From contig CAWFJJ010000021.1 of the NCBI GenBank assembly GCA_963816185.1, positions 32,001 through 96,000 of the forward strand: 64,000 nt of DNA, read 5' to 3'. Source of the stretch: Thermoanaerobaculia bacterium (GTDB lineage Bacteria > Acidobacteriota > Thermoanaerobaculia > UBA5066). The notes below the pieces were generated by a model. The model saw only the letters and a program-made list of their open reading frames with translations, searched no databases and was not told the origin of the DNA. Below are positions 11,372 to 21,128 of this stretch, one piece after another. The translations under genes and the position numbers were made by a program. The stretch's first letter is position 1; each line of letters opens with the position of its first letter.

Positions 11372-12096
11372 TTCCGCCTCTTCTCCTTCAGGAAGGCGTC
11401 CAGCGCGAGGACGCGGCGCGCCGCCTCGACGGTGACGCGCACCGTGATCGTCGCGCCCGTGACAGGCCGCACCCCTCGTTTTTCCGAGAGCTCGTCCGTC
11501 AGCGTCTTGCCGGAGAATTGCCCGTACCAGTTGGCACGCGGGAGATACTCCTCCGGCTCGGAAGAAGAGAGGATCTCGATCCGCGCGATCGCTCCCTTCG
11601 GATCGACGAGGACGAGCAGGGTCTCGGGCTCGGTACGCACGACGTGCGTGTCGAAGTAGACCGTGCCGAGGTCTGTGGCCGCGGAACTGCCCGTGTAGAA
11701 GACGACGAGGCCGGGCGGCGGCGCGCCGCCCGAGCGGCGCGCGACCTCGGCGCGGTCGGCCTCGGAGAGGAACGCCGTCTTCCGCGTCACGACCGTGCCC
11801 TTCGGAAACGCGAGGCGCAGCGCCTCTTCCTGAGTCAAGAAACTCTTCGCGAGAGAAAGAGAGGAAGAGAGGAGGAAAAGGAAGAAGAAGATTTCTTTGA
11901 ATGGAAAGAGAAAGAGGGGATGCGTCCCCGGCCGATCGGAGTCAAGGGTCGACGACCGCTGCGCGGCGCGCAAAGCGCGCCCTTGACGCCGATCGGCCGG
12001 TAACAGATTTCCATCTATCGGCGGCTGCATCAGCAGCCGCCGCATATAAGCAAAATCCGAATCTTCGGTCTTCTTCAATCTCGTTCTAAAACTCAT
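11368..12096 (-). CDS. FMN-binding domain protein (flavinylation target) with palindromic element in its N-terminus
   Basis: VTGATIT matches [S/T]GA[S/T]; hydrophobic signal-like stretch after ~60-aa extension; ATG lies within the last codons of the porin gene. Confidence 0.8.
   Translation of the reverse strand: MSFRTRLKKTEDSDFAYMRRLLMQPPIDGNLLPADRRQGRALRAAQRSSTLDSDRPGTHPLFLFPFKEIFFFLFLLSSSLSLAKSFLTQEEALRLAFPKGTVVTRKTAFLSEADRAEVARRSGGAPPPGLVVFYTGSSAATDLGTVYFDTHVVRTEPETLLVLVDPKGAIARIEILSSSEPEEYLPRANWYGQFSGKTLTDELSEKRGVRPVTGATITVRVTVEAARRVLALDAFLKEKRRK
11928..12042. repeat. Two-hairpin palindromic element, copy 1 (MITE/REP/RPE-like)
   Basis: Stem 11928-11948 pairs with 11980-12000 (one mismatch); second hairpin 12019-12042; core 11941-11987 is 45/47 identical to reverse complement of 50564-50610. 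Confidence 0.9.
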
Positions 12097-13465
12097 ATCC
12101 CAAAGCTACGTTCAACTGCTTCACCCCTGTGTACGCCGCGTTCCGCCGCCACTGGCCGTCGGCCTTCAGGACGATCTGCGGAATCGGCTTGAAGTTCACA
12201 CCCGCCGTGAAGACCCGCACGTCGCTCTCCGGATTTCGCGCGTAGCCCACGGGCACCTCCGCCTGGGTGTCGTAGGCCTCGTGTCTCACGAAAGGCGTGA
12301 GAGTCATCCGGCTCTTCGGGACGAGAGAGAAGACGTCGAAGCCCGCCTCGACGTACCAGCCTTCCTGCGTCTTTCCGACCGATTCGTCCCCCTCGAGGCC
12401 GTTCGCCTGATTGATGGCCGTCGCATCCTCGACCGTGGAGCGCGCCCACACCGCGCGAAAGGACGCGCCGCGGTACCGCGCGTCGAGGTGCAGGTCGACG
12501 AACGTCGTGCGGCCGGCGAAGGAGTCTCCCGAGGGCGTGACGTGTCCCTGCCCGGAGTTCCCGGAGAAGAACGAGCCGCCGACGAGGACGCCGGGCAGAC
12601 CCGTGTAGTCGAGCCGGCCGGTCACGGCGAAGCTTCTCGCGAGCGCGAGCGAGCCCTCGCCGCTGCCCTCCTTCAGGCCGTCGGCGGCATAGCGCGACGC
12701 GTCGAGCCCGTTCACGAAGTAGAGGCGCCACGAAAACGGTCCGACGTCGCCCCACCCGCCGACCCCGATCTCACGCCACGTCGAGGGAAGGATGATGGTC
12801 TCGACGTCCGGCCGCAGCGAGCCCAGGAAGACCGGCGGCTCGTGGAGCTGGTTGATGAGTCCCACGGGAATGAGCATGAGGCCCGCGCGGAGGTTGAAGG
12901 CCTTCGAGCGGCTGAGCCAGTCCAGGTAGGCGAATTCCGCTTCGGCCTCGCCCTCCTTGTCGGACGCCGTCACCGCATGCTCGAACTCGATCTCGCTGTT
13001 GAAGACGAAGCGATCGTCGAACTTGTAGCCGAAGTAGAGGACGGCTCGCGCGACGTCGACGATGGGCGTGAGGTTCGACCTAGACCCGTCCTGACGCACG
13101 GTCGAGAAGTCCTGGTAGATGGTCTCGCCGTAGCCGCCGATCGAGACGCCGTTCTTCGCGTAGACCTTCGAGGCCGACGGCCCCAGGCCGAGCGTGGGCG
13201 TCGACGGGGGAGCCGCAGCCGCGGCTGGCGTGCCCGGAGCGGGGGGAGGCTGCTGCGCCGGCGTTTCACCGAGGCGCATCGACTCGATCTCCTTCGTGAG
13301 CACGTCGACCTTCTGCTCGAGCTCCTTCAGGCGCTGCTCCCGCTCCTCGTCGGATTTCGGTGGCTCGTCTGCGAGGGCGGGGAGGGAGGGGAGAAGACTG
13401 CTTAGAAAGAGCAAGAGACCGATCGCGGCGGCACCGCGGAGGCGCGTCGAGAAGCGTTGGTTCAT
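12086..13465 (-). CDS. Outer-membrane beta-barrel porin with N-terminal coiled coil
   Basis: Signal peptide, RLKELEQKVDVL coil, SIGGYGE, FNSEIEFEH, HEPP, terminal GYEF. Confidence 0.8.
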   Translation of the reverse strand: MNQRFSTRLRGAAAIGLLLFLSSLLPSLPALADEPPKSDEEREQRLKELEQKVDVLTKEIESMRLGETPAQQPPPAPGTPAAAAAPPSTPTLGLGPSASKVYAKNGVSIGGYGETIYQDFSTVRQDGSRSNLTPIVDVARAVLYFGYKFDDRFVFNSEIEFEHAVTASDKEGEAEAEFAYLDWLSRSKAFNLRAGLMLIPVGLINQLHEPPVFLGSLRPDVETIILPSTWREIGVGGWGDVGPFSWRLYFVNGLDASRYAADGLKEGSGEGSLALARSFAVTGRLDYTGLPGVLVGGSFFSGNSGQGHVTPSGDSFAGRTTFVDLHLDARYRGASFRAVWARSTVEDATAINQANGLEGDESVGKTQEGWYVEAGFDVFSLVPKSRMTLTPFVRHEAYDTQAEVPVGYARNPESDVRVFTAGVNFKPIPQIVLKADGQWRRNAAYTGVKQLNVALGYEF

Positions 13466-14511
13466 GGTTGACCTCCTTCGGATTTCTTAGAACGAGCAAG
13501 AGGGAGAGGCGCTGGGGCGGGGGCAGCACGCGCGACGGACGTCCCCGGCGCGAGCACGGCCGACGGGGTCAGTTCGACGAACCTCTTCATTCCAGGCGAC
13601 ATGGAGACCCGCAGGCGTTGCCCCTCTTCTCCTTCGAAGAAAAACAGCGTTTCATGAGTGACGCCTTCTGCCCGTAGGCGCTCAGACAGCGCCAAGCCCT
13701 CTTCTGGTCCGAGGACGAAGAACGCCGTGGAGAGGATGTCTGCGGTGAGTCCGTCCTTCGCAACGACGGTGACGGAGCCGAAGTCGGGCGCGGGGTGGCC
13801 CGTCCGAGGGTCGAGAAGGTGGCCGATCCGCCGGCCATTCACGACGACAGATCGCTCGGAATTGCCCGAGGTGGAGGCGGACGCGCCCTTCAGGCGGAGT
13901 GTGGCAACGGTCCTCGCGCGATCGAGGGGAGAGGCGGCATCGACGGACGTGTCCTCGCCGAATACGAGGATCTGTCCGCCGAGGTCCAGCAGTCCGGAAG
14001 CGGCGCCGGCGTCGCGCATCGCGGCCGCCGCTCGGTCGAGTGCCCACCCTTTACCCCAGGCGCCTTCGTCGATGCCCGCGGCGGCGTCGTGCCGCGAGAC
14101 CGACGAAGAGGATTCTTCGAAGGAAAAGAGGGACGGGTCGGTGGCTCGGCGCGCGGCGAGCAGCTCCGCGAAGCCCGGAATGCGTCCTCCGTTGCGAAGC
14201 CCCCATGCCCTCACGAGAGGTGCCACCGCCGGGTCGAACGCACCGCCGGTTCGTTTCTCCCAATCGAAGACACTTGTCAGCAACGCGAAGAGCTCCGGCG
14301 GAATTCGCGTCGCGACGCCGGGTGCTGCGGCGTTCAAGCGGGCGAGGGGAGTGTCTTCCCGCCAGGTGGAGAGGAGCGCCTCGATCCGCTCGATCTCCCG
14401 CACCCCCGCTTCGCTCGCCGTGAGCGCCGCGCTCCGCGTCGGAGCGGAGACCGTCAAAGCCAGCGCGGTCCCCATGGCCGCGAGATGGCGGACGATCGTC
14501 TCGTTGCTCAT
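13462..14511 (-). CDS. apbE: FAD:protein FMN transferase
   Basis: AMGT, GAFDPAVAPL, GKGWALD, DLGGQ, STSG, HLLDPRTG, ADILSTA; alternative TTG start at 14559. Confidence 0.9.
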   Translation of the reverse strand: MSNETIVRHLAAMGTALALTVSAPTRSAALTASEAGVREIERIEALLSTWREDTPLARLNAAAPGVATRIPPELFALLTSVFDWEKRTGGAFDPAVAPLVRAWGLRNGGRIPGFAELLAARRATDPSLFSFEESSSSVSRHDAAAGIDEGAWGKGWALDRAAAAMRDAGAASGLLDLGGQILVFGEDTSVDAASPLDRARTVATLRLKGASASTSGNSERSVVVNGRRIGHLLDPRTGHPAPDFGSVTVVAKDGLTADILSTAFFVLGPEEGLALSERLRAEGVTHETLFFFEGEEGQRLRVSMSPGMKRFVELTPSAVLAPGTSVARAAPAPAPLPLARSKKSEGGQP

Positions 14512-14573
14512 GCGACTCAGTCTCAATCGCAATCTACCGATTGCCGGGACGCGCGTCAAGCCGTGCAGTTGCT

Positions 14574-15284
14574 TCAGCCGGCGGGGCTCGGGCCGGCGGG
14601 GCTTGGGGCGCCGTCCCGAAAGACGTCGGCGGGAGCGCCGCGGGCCGCGAGGTGGCCCGCGTAAAGGACGACGACCTCGTCCGCGAGCGCGACGACTTCG
14701 GCCGCCTCGTGAGTGACGTAGAGGATCGGCAGCGGGAAGGCCGCCTTGACCTTCAGAAGGTGCTCGAGGACCCTCTCCTTGAGCGGACGGTCGAGGCCGG
14801 AGAGGGGCTCGTCGAGGAGCAGGATCTCAGGCGCCGAAAGGAGGGCACGGCCCAGCGCAACGCGGCGCTTCTCGCCGCCGGAAAGCGTCGCGGGGCTTCT
14901 GTGGAGAAGCGTTGCGAGTCCCAGGGTGTCGACGATGCGATCCTCCTCGAGGGGGGCCTGGCGGGCAACGCCGCGGCCCGCCCCGTAGCGCAGGTTGCCG
15001 GCGACGGAGAGATGGGGGAACAGCGAATCGTCCTGCGTGACGTATCCGACGGCCCGCAGGCGCGGCGGCACGCGGACTCCCGCGCCTGCGTCGTCGAGCA
15101 CACGGCCGAAAAGGACGATTCGTCCGCTCTGCGGGTGCCTCAGCCCCGCGACGGCCTCGAGGAGCGACGTCTTGCCGGCGCCCGACGGCCCGAAGACGGC
15201 CGTGACGTGGGCGCTCAACGTGACGTCGAGCTCGAGTGCGAAGGGCGTGAGGGGCAGGCGGAAGCCTTCGAGCGAGAGCGTCAC
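14574..15284 (-). CDS. modC: Molybdate ABC ATP-binding subunit (no TOBE tail)
   Basis: FGPSGAGKTSLL, LFPHLSV, LSGGEKRRVALGRALL, YVTH; GTG overlaps modB stop. Confidence 0.9.
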   Translation of the reverse strand: MTLSLEGFRLPLTPFALELDVTLSAHVTAVFGPSGAGKTSLLEAVAGLRHPQSGRIVLFGRVLDDAGAGVRVPPRLRAVGYVTQDDSLFPHLSVAGNLRYGAGRGVARQAPLEEDRIVDTLGLATLLHRSPATLSGGEKRRVALGRALLSAPEILLLDEPLSGLDRPLKERVLEHLLKVKAAFPLPILYVTHEAAEVVALADEVVVLYAGHLAARGAPADVFRDGAPSPAGPSPAG

Positions 15285-15958
15285 GTGTTCGTCCGGCGCT
15301 TCAGCCAGACCTCCGACAGAAAGATGGCGCCGAACGCGAGCGCCGCCGAGACGGCGAGAAGACCATACGCGCGCCCGTCCACGCCGGTCTGCACGTCGTT
15401 GTAGATTGCCGTTGCGATCGTCGTGGTGCGACCCGGAATGTTCCCCGCGACGAGGATCGTGGCGCCGAACTCGCCGAGAGCGCGCGCGAACGCGAGAAGG
15501 AGGCCCGCGGCGATTCCGCGCGAGGCCAGGGGGAGCGTGATGGTCCAAAGGACGCGCGCTTCGTTCGCCCCGAGGGTCCGCGCGACGGCCTCGAGACGAG
15601 GGTTCACCTCCTCGAAGGCGACGCGCGCGGTGCGCACGAGCAAGGGAAGGGACATCACCATCATCGCGACGACGACGGCTTTCCATGTGAAGACCACGTC
15701 CATGCCGAAAAGGGAGCGCGCGGCCCGCCCGCCCGGCCCGCGCCTGCCGAGAAACTTCAGGAGCAGGAGCCCGGTCGCGACGGGCGGGAGGACGAGCGGA
15801 AGCGAGACGAGCGTCTCGAGGAGGGCCTTTCCCGGAAAGAGCCGTCGCGCGAGGAGAAACGCGAGCGCGAGCCCGAAGGGCGCGAGGAGGAGGACGGCGA
15901 AAGCCGCCACCCGCACGGTGAACCAGACGACGGGCAGGTCCACGGCGAGCTCGGACAC
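15281..15958 (-). CDS. modB: Molybdate ABC permease
   Basis: LPLVLPPVATG, FARALGEFGAT, AGNIPGRT. Confidence 0.93.
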   Translation of the reverse strand: MSELAVDLPVVWFTVRVAAFAVLLLAPFGLALAFLLARRLFPGKALLETLVSLPLVLPPVATGLLLLKFLGRRGPGGRAARSLFGMDVVFTWKAVVVAMMVMSLPLLVRTARVAFEEVNPRLEAVARTLGANEARVLWTITLPLASRGIAAGLLLAFARALGEFGATILVAGNIPGRTTTIATAIYNDVQTGVDGRAYGLLAVSAALAFGAIFLSEVWLKRRTNT

Positions 15959-15960
15959 GT

Positions 15961-16659
15961 TCAGTTCTTCACGAGGAAGCCGTATCGGACGAAGACCTCT
16001 CGGGCGGCTTTCGAAGAAAGGTATTCGAGGAATTTCCGTGCCGCTGCCTCGCGGGGAGCACCCTTCACGAGAGCGAAAGGATAGGAAATCGAAGGTCCGG
16101 TTGCGGCCGGAACCTCGAAGGCGACGCGCACCCGCTTCGAGATCGCGGCATCGGTCCGGTAGACGAGTCCGGCGTCGACGTTTCCGGACTCGACGGCGGC
16201 GAGCGTAGCCCGGGCGTTCTCGGTCGGAACGACCTTCGATGCGACGGCCCCCCAGATCCCGGCCCTTTCGAAGAAATTCTTCGAATAGACCCCCACGGGA
16301 ACCGACGTCGGTTCTGCAATTGCGAGCGTCCCGACGCGCGGCCCGGCGAGGTCCTTCTCCGAAACGATTTTCAGCGGGCTTCCCGCCGGCACGACGACAA
16401 CGAGCTCGTTCGAAAGGACGCTGCGGCGCGTCTCCGGCACGAGGAGCCCGGCTTTCTGAAGCGTGTCCATCTGGGCTTCGTCCGCCGAAAGAAAGAGATC
16501 AGCGGGCGCCCCTTCGCGGATCTGCCGGGCGAGCGTGCTGGAGGATGCGAAGTTGAAAGCGATCTTCTCCCCGCCGCTCTTTTCCCACGCCGTCCCGATC
16601 GCCGTCAGGGCGTCCGTCAGGCTCGCGGCGGCGAAGACGAGAACGAGAGCTTCCTTCAT
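15961..16659 (-). CDS. modA: Molybdate-binding protein (no obvious signal peptide)
   Basis: VFAAASL, FASSSTLARQI, GAPADLFLSA, VPVG.Y, DAGLVYRTDA. Confidence 0.92.
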   Translation of the reverse strand: MKEALVLVFAAASLTDALTAIGTAWEKSGGEKIAFNFASSSTLARQIREGAPADLFLSADEAQMDTLQKAGLLVPETRRSVLSNELVVVVPAGSPLKIVSEKDLAGPRVGTLAIAEPTSVPVGVYSKNFFERAGIWGAVASKVVPTENARATLAAVESGNVDAGLVYRTDAAISKRVRVAFEVPAATGPSISYPFALVKGAPREAAARKFLEYLSSKAAREVFVRYGFLVKN

Positions 16660-16677
16660 CCTGATGTCACTCAGGAT
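16658..16677. promoter_or_regulatory. Inverted repeat ATCCTGA-N6-TCAGGAT over modA start, candidate operator
   Basis: Perfect 7-bp arms overlapping the ATG and a TATCCT -10-like hexamer on the minus strand. Confidence 0.5.
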
Positions 16678-16708
16678 ATACAGGAACGAGGATCGTTTCT
16701 CTTCTCGG

Positions 16709-17146
16709 CTATTTCTTCTTCCCCGCCCGCGCCGCCTTCTTGATGAGGCCGGTCGCGGCCTTCGCGTCCGCCTCGTTCCCGAAGCCGAAGATCGCCGAGA
16801 ACTTCCGGCCGATGACCTGGGCCACCAGGAAATCGAGGTTGATCCCGGCGTCGGCGATGGCGCGCGCGAGCGCGTGGCCGAGGCCCGGCCGGTCGTCTCC
16901 CTCGACGAGGAGCGTCGGGATCGTGGAGGCCCCGAGGCCTTCCGACTCCGCGGCGGCGACCGCCTTCTTTCCGGAGACCGGCGACACCTCGATGACGGCG
17001 GTGCCGGTTCCGGGCTGCTTGTAGCCCATCGCGACTTTCAGGCTCGTTCCCTGCGCGGCGAGCGGTCTGAGCGTTTCCGCCATGAGGCCGGGACGGTCCC
17101 CCGACTCACGGCGCCAGAGCGTGATCTTCTTGACGGTGATGGCCAT
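16709..17146 (-). CDS. ACT-domain protein (tandem ACT)
   Basis: Two DRPGL motifs, AGINL; AAGGAG RBS before ATG 17146. Confidence 0.8.
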   Translation of the reverse strand: MAITVKKITLWRRESGDRPGLMAETLRPLAAQGTSLKVAMGYKQPGTGTAVIEVSPVSGKKAVAAAESEGLGASTIPTLLVEGDDRPGLGHALARAIADAGINLDFLVAQVIGRKFSAIFGFGNEADAKAATGLIKKAARAGKKK

Positions 17147-17229
17147 GGTCGACTCCTTTCGCGCGAAATCCCCCAAAGACCAAGCTAGGGACGGAACGCC
17201 GGGAAATCAAGCGGAAGAAGGGGAATGCC

Positions 17230-18388
17230 TCAGACGGGCGCCTTCGCGTCGATGTCGGCCACCACGACGTCGATTCCTTCGGCACCCTCGAGGACGCGCT
17301 GGACAATGCCCGGCGCGATGCGCCCCCACAGGCCCCTCCGGGACGGGCGCCCCATCAGGAGAACGCCCACCCGCTCCTCGTGAACGAAATCCAGGATCGC
17401 AGCCGGCCACGTCCTCGGATTCGCGATAGACGATCGTGGCTCCGAGCGTCATCGCGAGCTGGATGTTCTCCGTGAGCTCCCGGTGCCGCGACGCCGAAAG
17501 GTTCTCGGGCCGATCCCTCTTCCGCCTCACATAGAGCGCATACCAGCGCGTGTTCATGCGGCCGGCCATGCGCGAGCCGCGCCGGATGAGGACGCGCGCC
17601 GCCACCGGATCGAGGGGCAGCGCGACGGCGACGCGAATCGCCGGAGCGATCCCCGGAAGGGAGCCGCCGGTCTCGGTCGGACCGTGGTCGACGTTCTCGG
17701 CCGTCTCGCGCAGGGCGAGCTCGCGCAGGGCGCGGAGGTTGTCTTCCCGGAAGAAGTTCTCGAGCGCGGCCTCCGCCTGCGCCGGTGGGTAGATCTTGCC
17801 CTGCCGCAGCCGGTCCCTCAGCTCCGGGCCCGGCAGGTCGACGTTCACGATCGCATCGGCATCGCGAATGACGCGGTCCGGGACGCGCTCTTTCACCTCG
17901 AGGCCGGTCGCGGATTTGACGACATCCTGGACGCCCTCGAGATGCTGGACGTTGCACGCGGTCATGACGGAGATGCCCGCCGCGAGGAGGTCCTCCACGT
18001 CCTGCCAGCGCTTTTCGTTCTTGCCGCCGGGAGCGTTCGTGTGCGGGAGCTCGTCGACGACCGCGACCTCGGGCTTCCTCGCAAGGACCGCGTCGAGATC
18101 CATCTCCTCGAGGACGGTCCCCTTGTAATCCACGCGGCGGCGGGGGATCACCTCGAGGTCGCCGACCCGCGCTCCCGTGTCCGCCCGGCCATGGGTCTCG
18201 ACGAGCGCGACGACGACGTCGACGCCGCGCGCGCGCATCGCGTTCGCGTCGTCGAGCATCCGGAACGTCTTGCCGACGCCCGCGGCCTGGCCGAGGTAGA
18301 CCTTCAGGTGCCCGCGCTTCGGATCGCGCGAGGCGAGCTTGAGAAACTCCTCCGGATCGGGGCGATCACGTTCGGTGCGCGGCGGCAC
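17230..18388 (-). CDS. kdpD: KdpD N-terminal sensor module (KdpD + USP domains), apparent 1-nt frameshift near 17404
   Basis: GQAAGVGKT, ETHGR, VDELPHTN, KRWQDV, NFF...LRELAL; USP tail AAILDFV...GIDVVV continues in the adjacent frame to TGA at 17230. Confidence 0.85.
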
Positions 18389-18395
18389 GCGCTCA

Positions 18396-19076
18396 TTATG
18401 AGGTGGAGGGCGAGGCTGGAGAGGCGCTGGCGCCTGGAGACGGCGCCGGCGTCGGAGTCGGCGTGGGCGCGATCTGGGGATGGCCGAGCCGAGAGTCGAT
18501 CTCGAGGTTCAATGCGAGGACGTTGACCCGGCTTTCTCCGTAGAGGCCGAGAAACCGCCCCTCGGTGTTCCTGGCGACGAGCGCCTCGAGATCGGTGGCG
18601 GGAATCCGGGTCTCACGAGCGACGCGCGAAATCTGCAGGCGCGCGTACTCCGGGGAGATGTGGGGGTCCACGCCCGAGGCGGACGACGTTACGGCGTCGG
18701 CCGGGACGGCCCCGCTGGCCCCCTCGTCGCTTCTCACGGCCGTCACGGCGTCCTTGACGGAGTCGGCGAGCTTCTTGGAGGTCGGGCCGAGATTCGTGCC
18801 GCCCGACGCAGTCGGATCGTAGCCGTTGCCAGCCGCGGACGGACGGCCGTGGAAGTGGCCCGGCATCACGAACGCCTGGCCGATCAGCGACGAGCCCATC
18901 ACCGCGCCGGGGCTCGTCCCCTCTTTCCTTCTAAGAAAGCTCCCGTTCGCGGCGTCCCGAAAAGCGAGTTGTCCGAGGCCCCAGACAGCGGCCGGATAGA
19001 GCAGTCCGAGGAGCACCGTCAGCGCCAGGAAGAGCCTCAGAGAGCCGAGCACGTTTTCTTTCATCTCAGACCTCAA
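18396..19076 (-). CDS. kdpC: K+-transporting ATPase subunit C
   Basis: [35 protein letters not shown]. Confidence 0.95.
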   Translation of the reverse strand: MRSEMKENVLGSLRLFLALTVLLGLLYPAAVWGLGQLAFRDAANGSFLRRKEGTSPGAVMGSSLIGQAFVMPGHFHGRPSAAGNGYDPTASGGTNLGPTSKKLADSVKDAVTAVRSDEGASGAVPADAVTSSASGVDPHISPEYARLQISRVARETRIPATDLEALVARNTEGRFLGLYGESRVNVLALNLEIDSRLGHPQIAPTPTPTPAPSPGASASPASPSTS

Positions 19077-21121
19077 ACGAGATGGAGGGTGACGAGGAGG
19101 AGATCGATCGCCTTGATACCCAGGAACGGCACGATGACGCCCCCGACGCCGTAGAGCATCAGGTTCCGCCTCAGGATCCTCCCTGCGCCGAGCGGCCGGT
19201 ACGAGACCCCTTTCAGAGCGAGAGGGATGAGCGCGACGATGATGAGCGCGTTGAAGATCACGGCCGAGAGGATTGCGCTCTGAGGCGTCGCGAGACGCAT
19301 GATGTTCAGCGCCTGGAGCTCGGGATACGTCACGAGAAAAAGCGCCGGGATGATCGCGAAGTACTTCGCGACGTCGTTCGCGATCGAGAACGTCGTGAGC
19401 GCGCCGCGCGTCATGAGGAGCTGCTTGCCGATCTCGACGACCTCGATGAGCTTCGTCGGGTTCGAGTCGAGGTCCACCATGTTGCCGGCTTCCTTCGCGG
19501 GCTGCGTCCCCGTGTTCATGGCCATGCCGACGTCCGCCTGGGCGAGAGCCGGCGCGTCGTTCGTGCCGTCGCCGGTCATCGCGACGAGGTTTCCTTTTGC
19601 CTGCTCGGCTTGGATGAGGCGCAGCTTGTGCTCGGGCGTCGCTTCGGCCAGGAAGTCGTCCACGCCTGCCTCGTGCGCGATCGTCGCGGCCGTGAGCGGG
19701 TTGTCACCCGTGATCATGACGGTGCGAATGCCCATCGCGCGGAGGCGGTCGAAGCGCTCCTTCATGCCACCCTTGACGACGTCCTTCAGGTAGATCGTCC
19801 CCATCACGCGCTCTCCGTCCACCACGACGAGCGGTGTTCCCCCTTCTCCGGCAATGGAGGAGACGTCGCGCCGGACCGATTCCGGAAGCGACCCGCCGAG
19901 GGACGTCACGAACGCCTCGACGGCGTCCGCGGCTCCCTTGCGAACCTTGCGGCCGGACGCGAAGTCGAGGCCCGACATGCGCGTCTTTGCCGTGAACGGC
20001 ACGAAGACGGCGTCGAGCTCGGCGAGGAGGCGCGCCCGGAGGCCGTAATTTTCTTTGGCGAGGATGACGATCGAGCGGCCTTCCGGGGTTTCGTCCGCGA
20101 GAGAGGAGAGCTGGGCGAGGTCCGCGAGCTGGTGCTCCTCGACGCCCGGGGCGGGGAGGAACCGGACTGCCTGCCGGTTACCGAGCGTGATCGTTCCGGT
20201 CTTGTCGAGGAGCAGGACGTTCACGTCGCCGGCGGCCTCCACGGCACGGCCCGACATCGCGAGGATGTTGTGCTTCAGGACCCGGTCCATGCCCGCGATG
20301 CCGATCGCGGAAAGGAGGCCGCCGATCGTCGTCGGGATCAGGCAGACGAGGAGCGCGATGAGGACCGTCACGGACACCGAGCCGCCCGAGTAGATGGCGA
20401 ACGGCCGCAGCGTGACCGTGGCGAAGAGGAAGACGATCGTGAGACCTGCGAGCAGGATGTCGAGAGCGATCTCGTTAGGCGTCTTCTGCCGTTCGGCGCC
20501 CTCGACGAGCCGGATCATCCGGTCCAGAAAGGTCTGACCCTGCTCTGAGGTGATCTCGACGACGATGCGGTCCGAGAGGACCGTCGTTCCTCCCGTGACG
20601 GCGGACCGATCGCCGCCGGACTCGCGGATGACGGGCGCCGACTCACCCGTGATGGCGGACTCGTTAACCGAGGCAATTCCCTCGACGACCGTTCCGTCGC
20701 CCGGAATCATTCCATTCGCCTCGACGACGACGCGGTCTCCCTTTCGAAGCTGCGTGGAAGGGACGGTCTCCTCGACCTGCGTCTTGCCGGACCCCTTGAG
20801 GCGCCGCGCCATCGTGTCGGTGCGCGCCCTTCGGAGCGCGTCGGCCTGAGCCTTGCCTCGGCCCTCGGCAACCGCCTCGGCGAAGTTCGCGAAGAGGACG
20901 GTGGCCCAGAGCCAGAACACGATCTGGAGCTGGAATCCGAACAGGCCTTTCGGGGCGAGGCCGGGCAGCAAGAAAAGAGTCGTCGCGAGCGCGCCGACCT
21001 CCACGATGAACATGACCGGGTTCTTGAGCATCTTCGCCGGCGCCAGCTTTGTGAAGGCATCGGCGGCGGCCCGGGAGAGGATCGCGCGGTCGAGCAGGGA
21101 TGTGGCTTTCGTTGGGCTCAT
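19073..21121 (-). CDS. kdpB: K+-transporting ATPase subunit B
   Basis: [27 protein letters not shown]. Confidence 0.98.
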   Translation of the reverse strand: MSPTKATSLLDRAILSRAAADAFTKLAPAKMLKNPVMFIVEVGALATTLFLLPGLAPKGLFGFQLQIVFWLWATVLFANFAEAVAEGRGKAQADALRRARTDTMARRLKGSGKTQVEETVPSTQLRKGDRVVVEANGMIPGDGTVVEGIASVNESAITGESAPVIRESGGDRSAVTGGTTVLSDRIVVEITSEQGQTFLDRMIRLVEGAERQKTPNEIALDILLAGLTIVFLFATVTLRPFAIYSGGSVSVTVLIALLVCLIPTTIGGLLSAIGIAGMDRVLKHNILAMSGRAVEAAGDVNVLLLDKTGTITLGNRQAVRFLPAPGVEEHQLADLAQLSSLADETPEGRSIVILAKENYGLRARLLAELDAVFVPFTAKTRMSGLDFASGRKVRKGAADAVEAFVTSLGGSLPESVRRDVSSIAGEGGTPLVVVDGERVMGTIYLKDVVKGGMKERFDRLRAMGIRTVMITGDNPLTAATIAHEAGVDDFLAEATPEHKLRLIQAEQAKGNLVAMTGDGTNDAPALAQADVGMAMNTGTQPAKEAGNMVDLDSNPTKLIEVVEIGKQLLMTRGALTTFSIANDVAKYFAIIPALFLVTYPELQALNIMRLATPQSAILSAVIFNALIIVALIPLALKGVSYRPLGAGRILRRNLMLYGVGGVIVPFLGIKAIDLLLVTLHLV

Positions 21122-21128
21122 GGTTTCC

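Noticed and set aside
11928-12042. Palindromic element as integron attC or intrinsic terminator
   Set aside because: No RYYYAAC/GTTRRRY ends, no integrase, no U-tract, and it lies within reading frames
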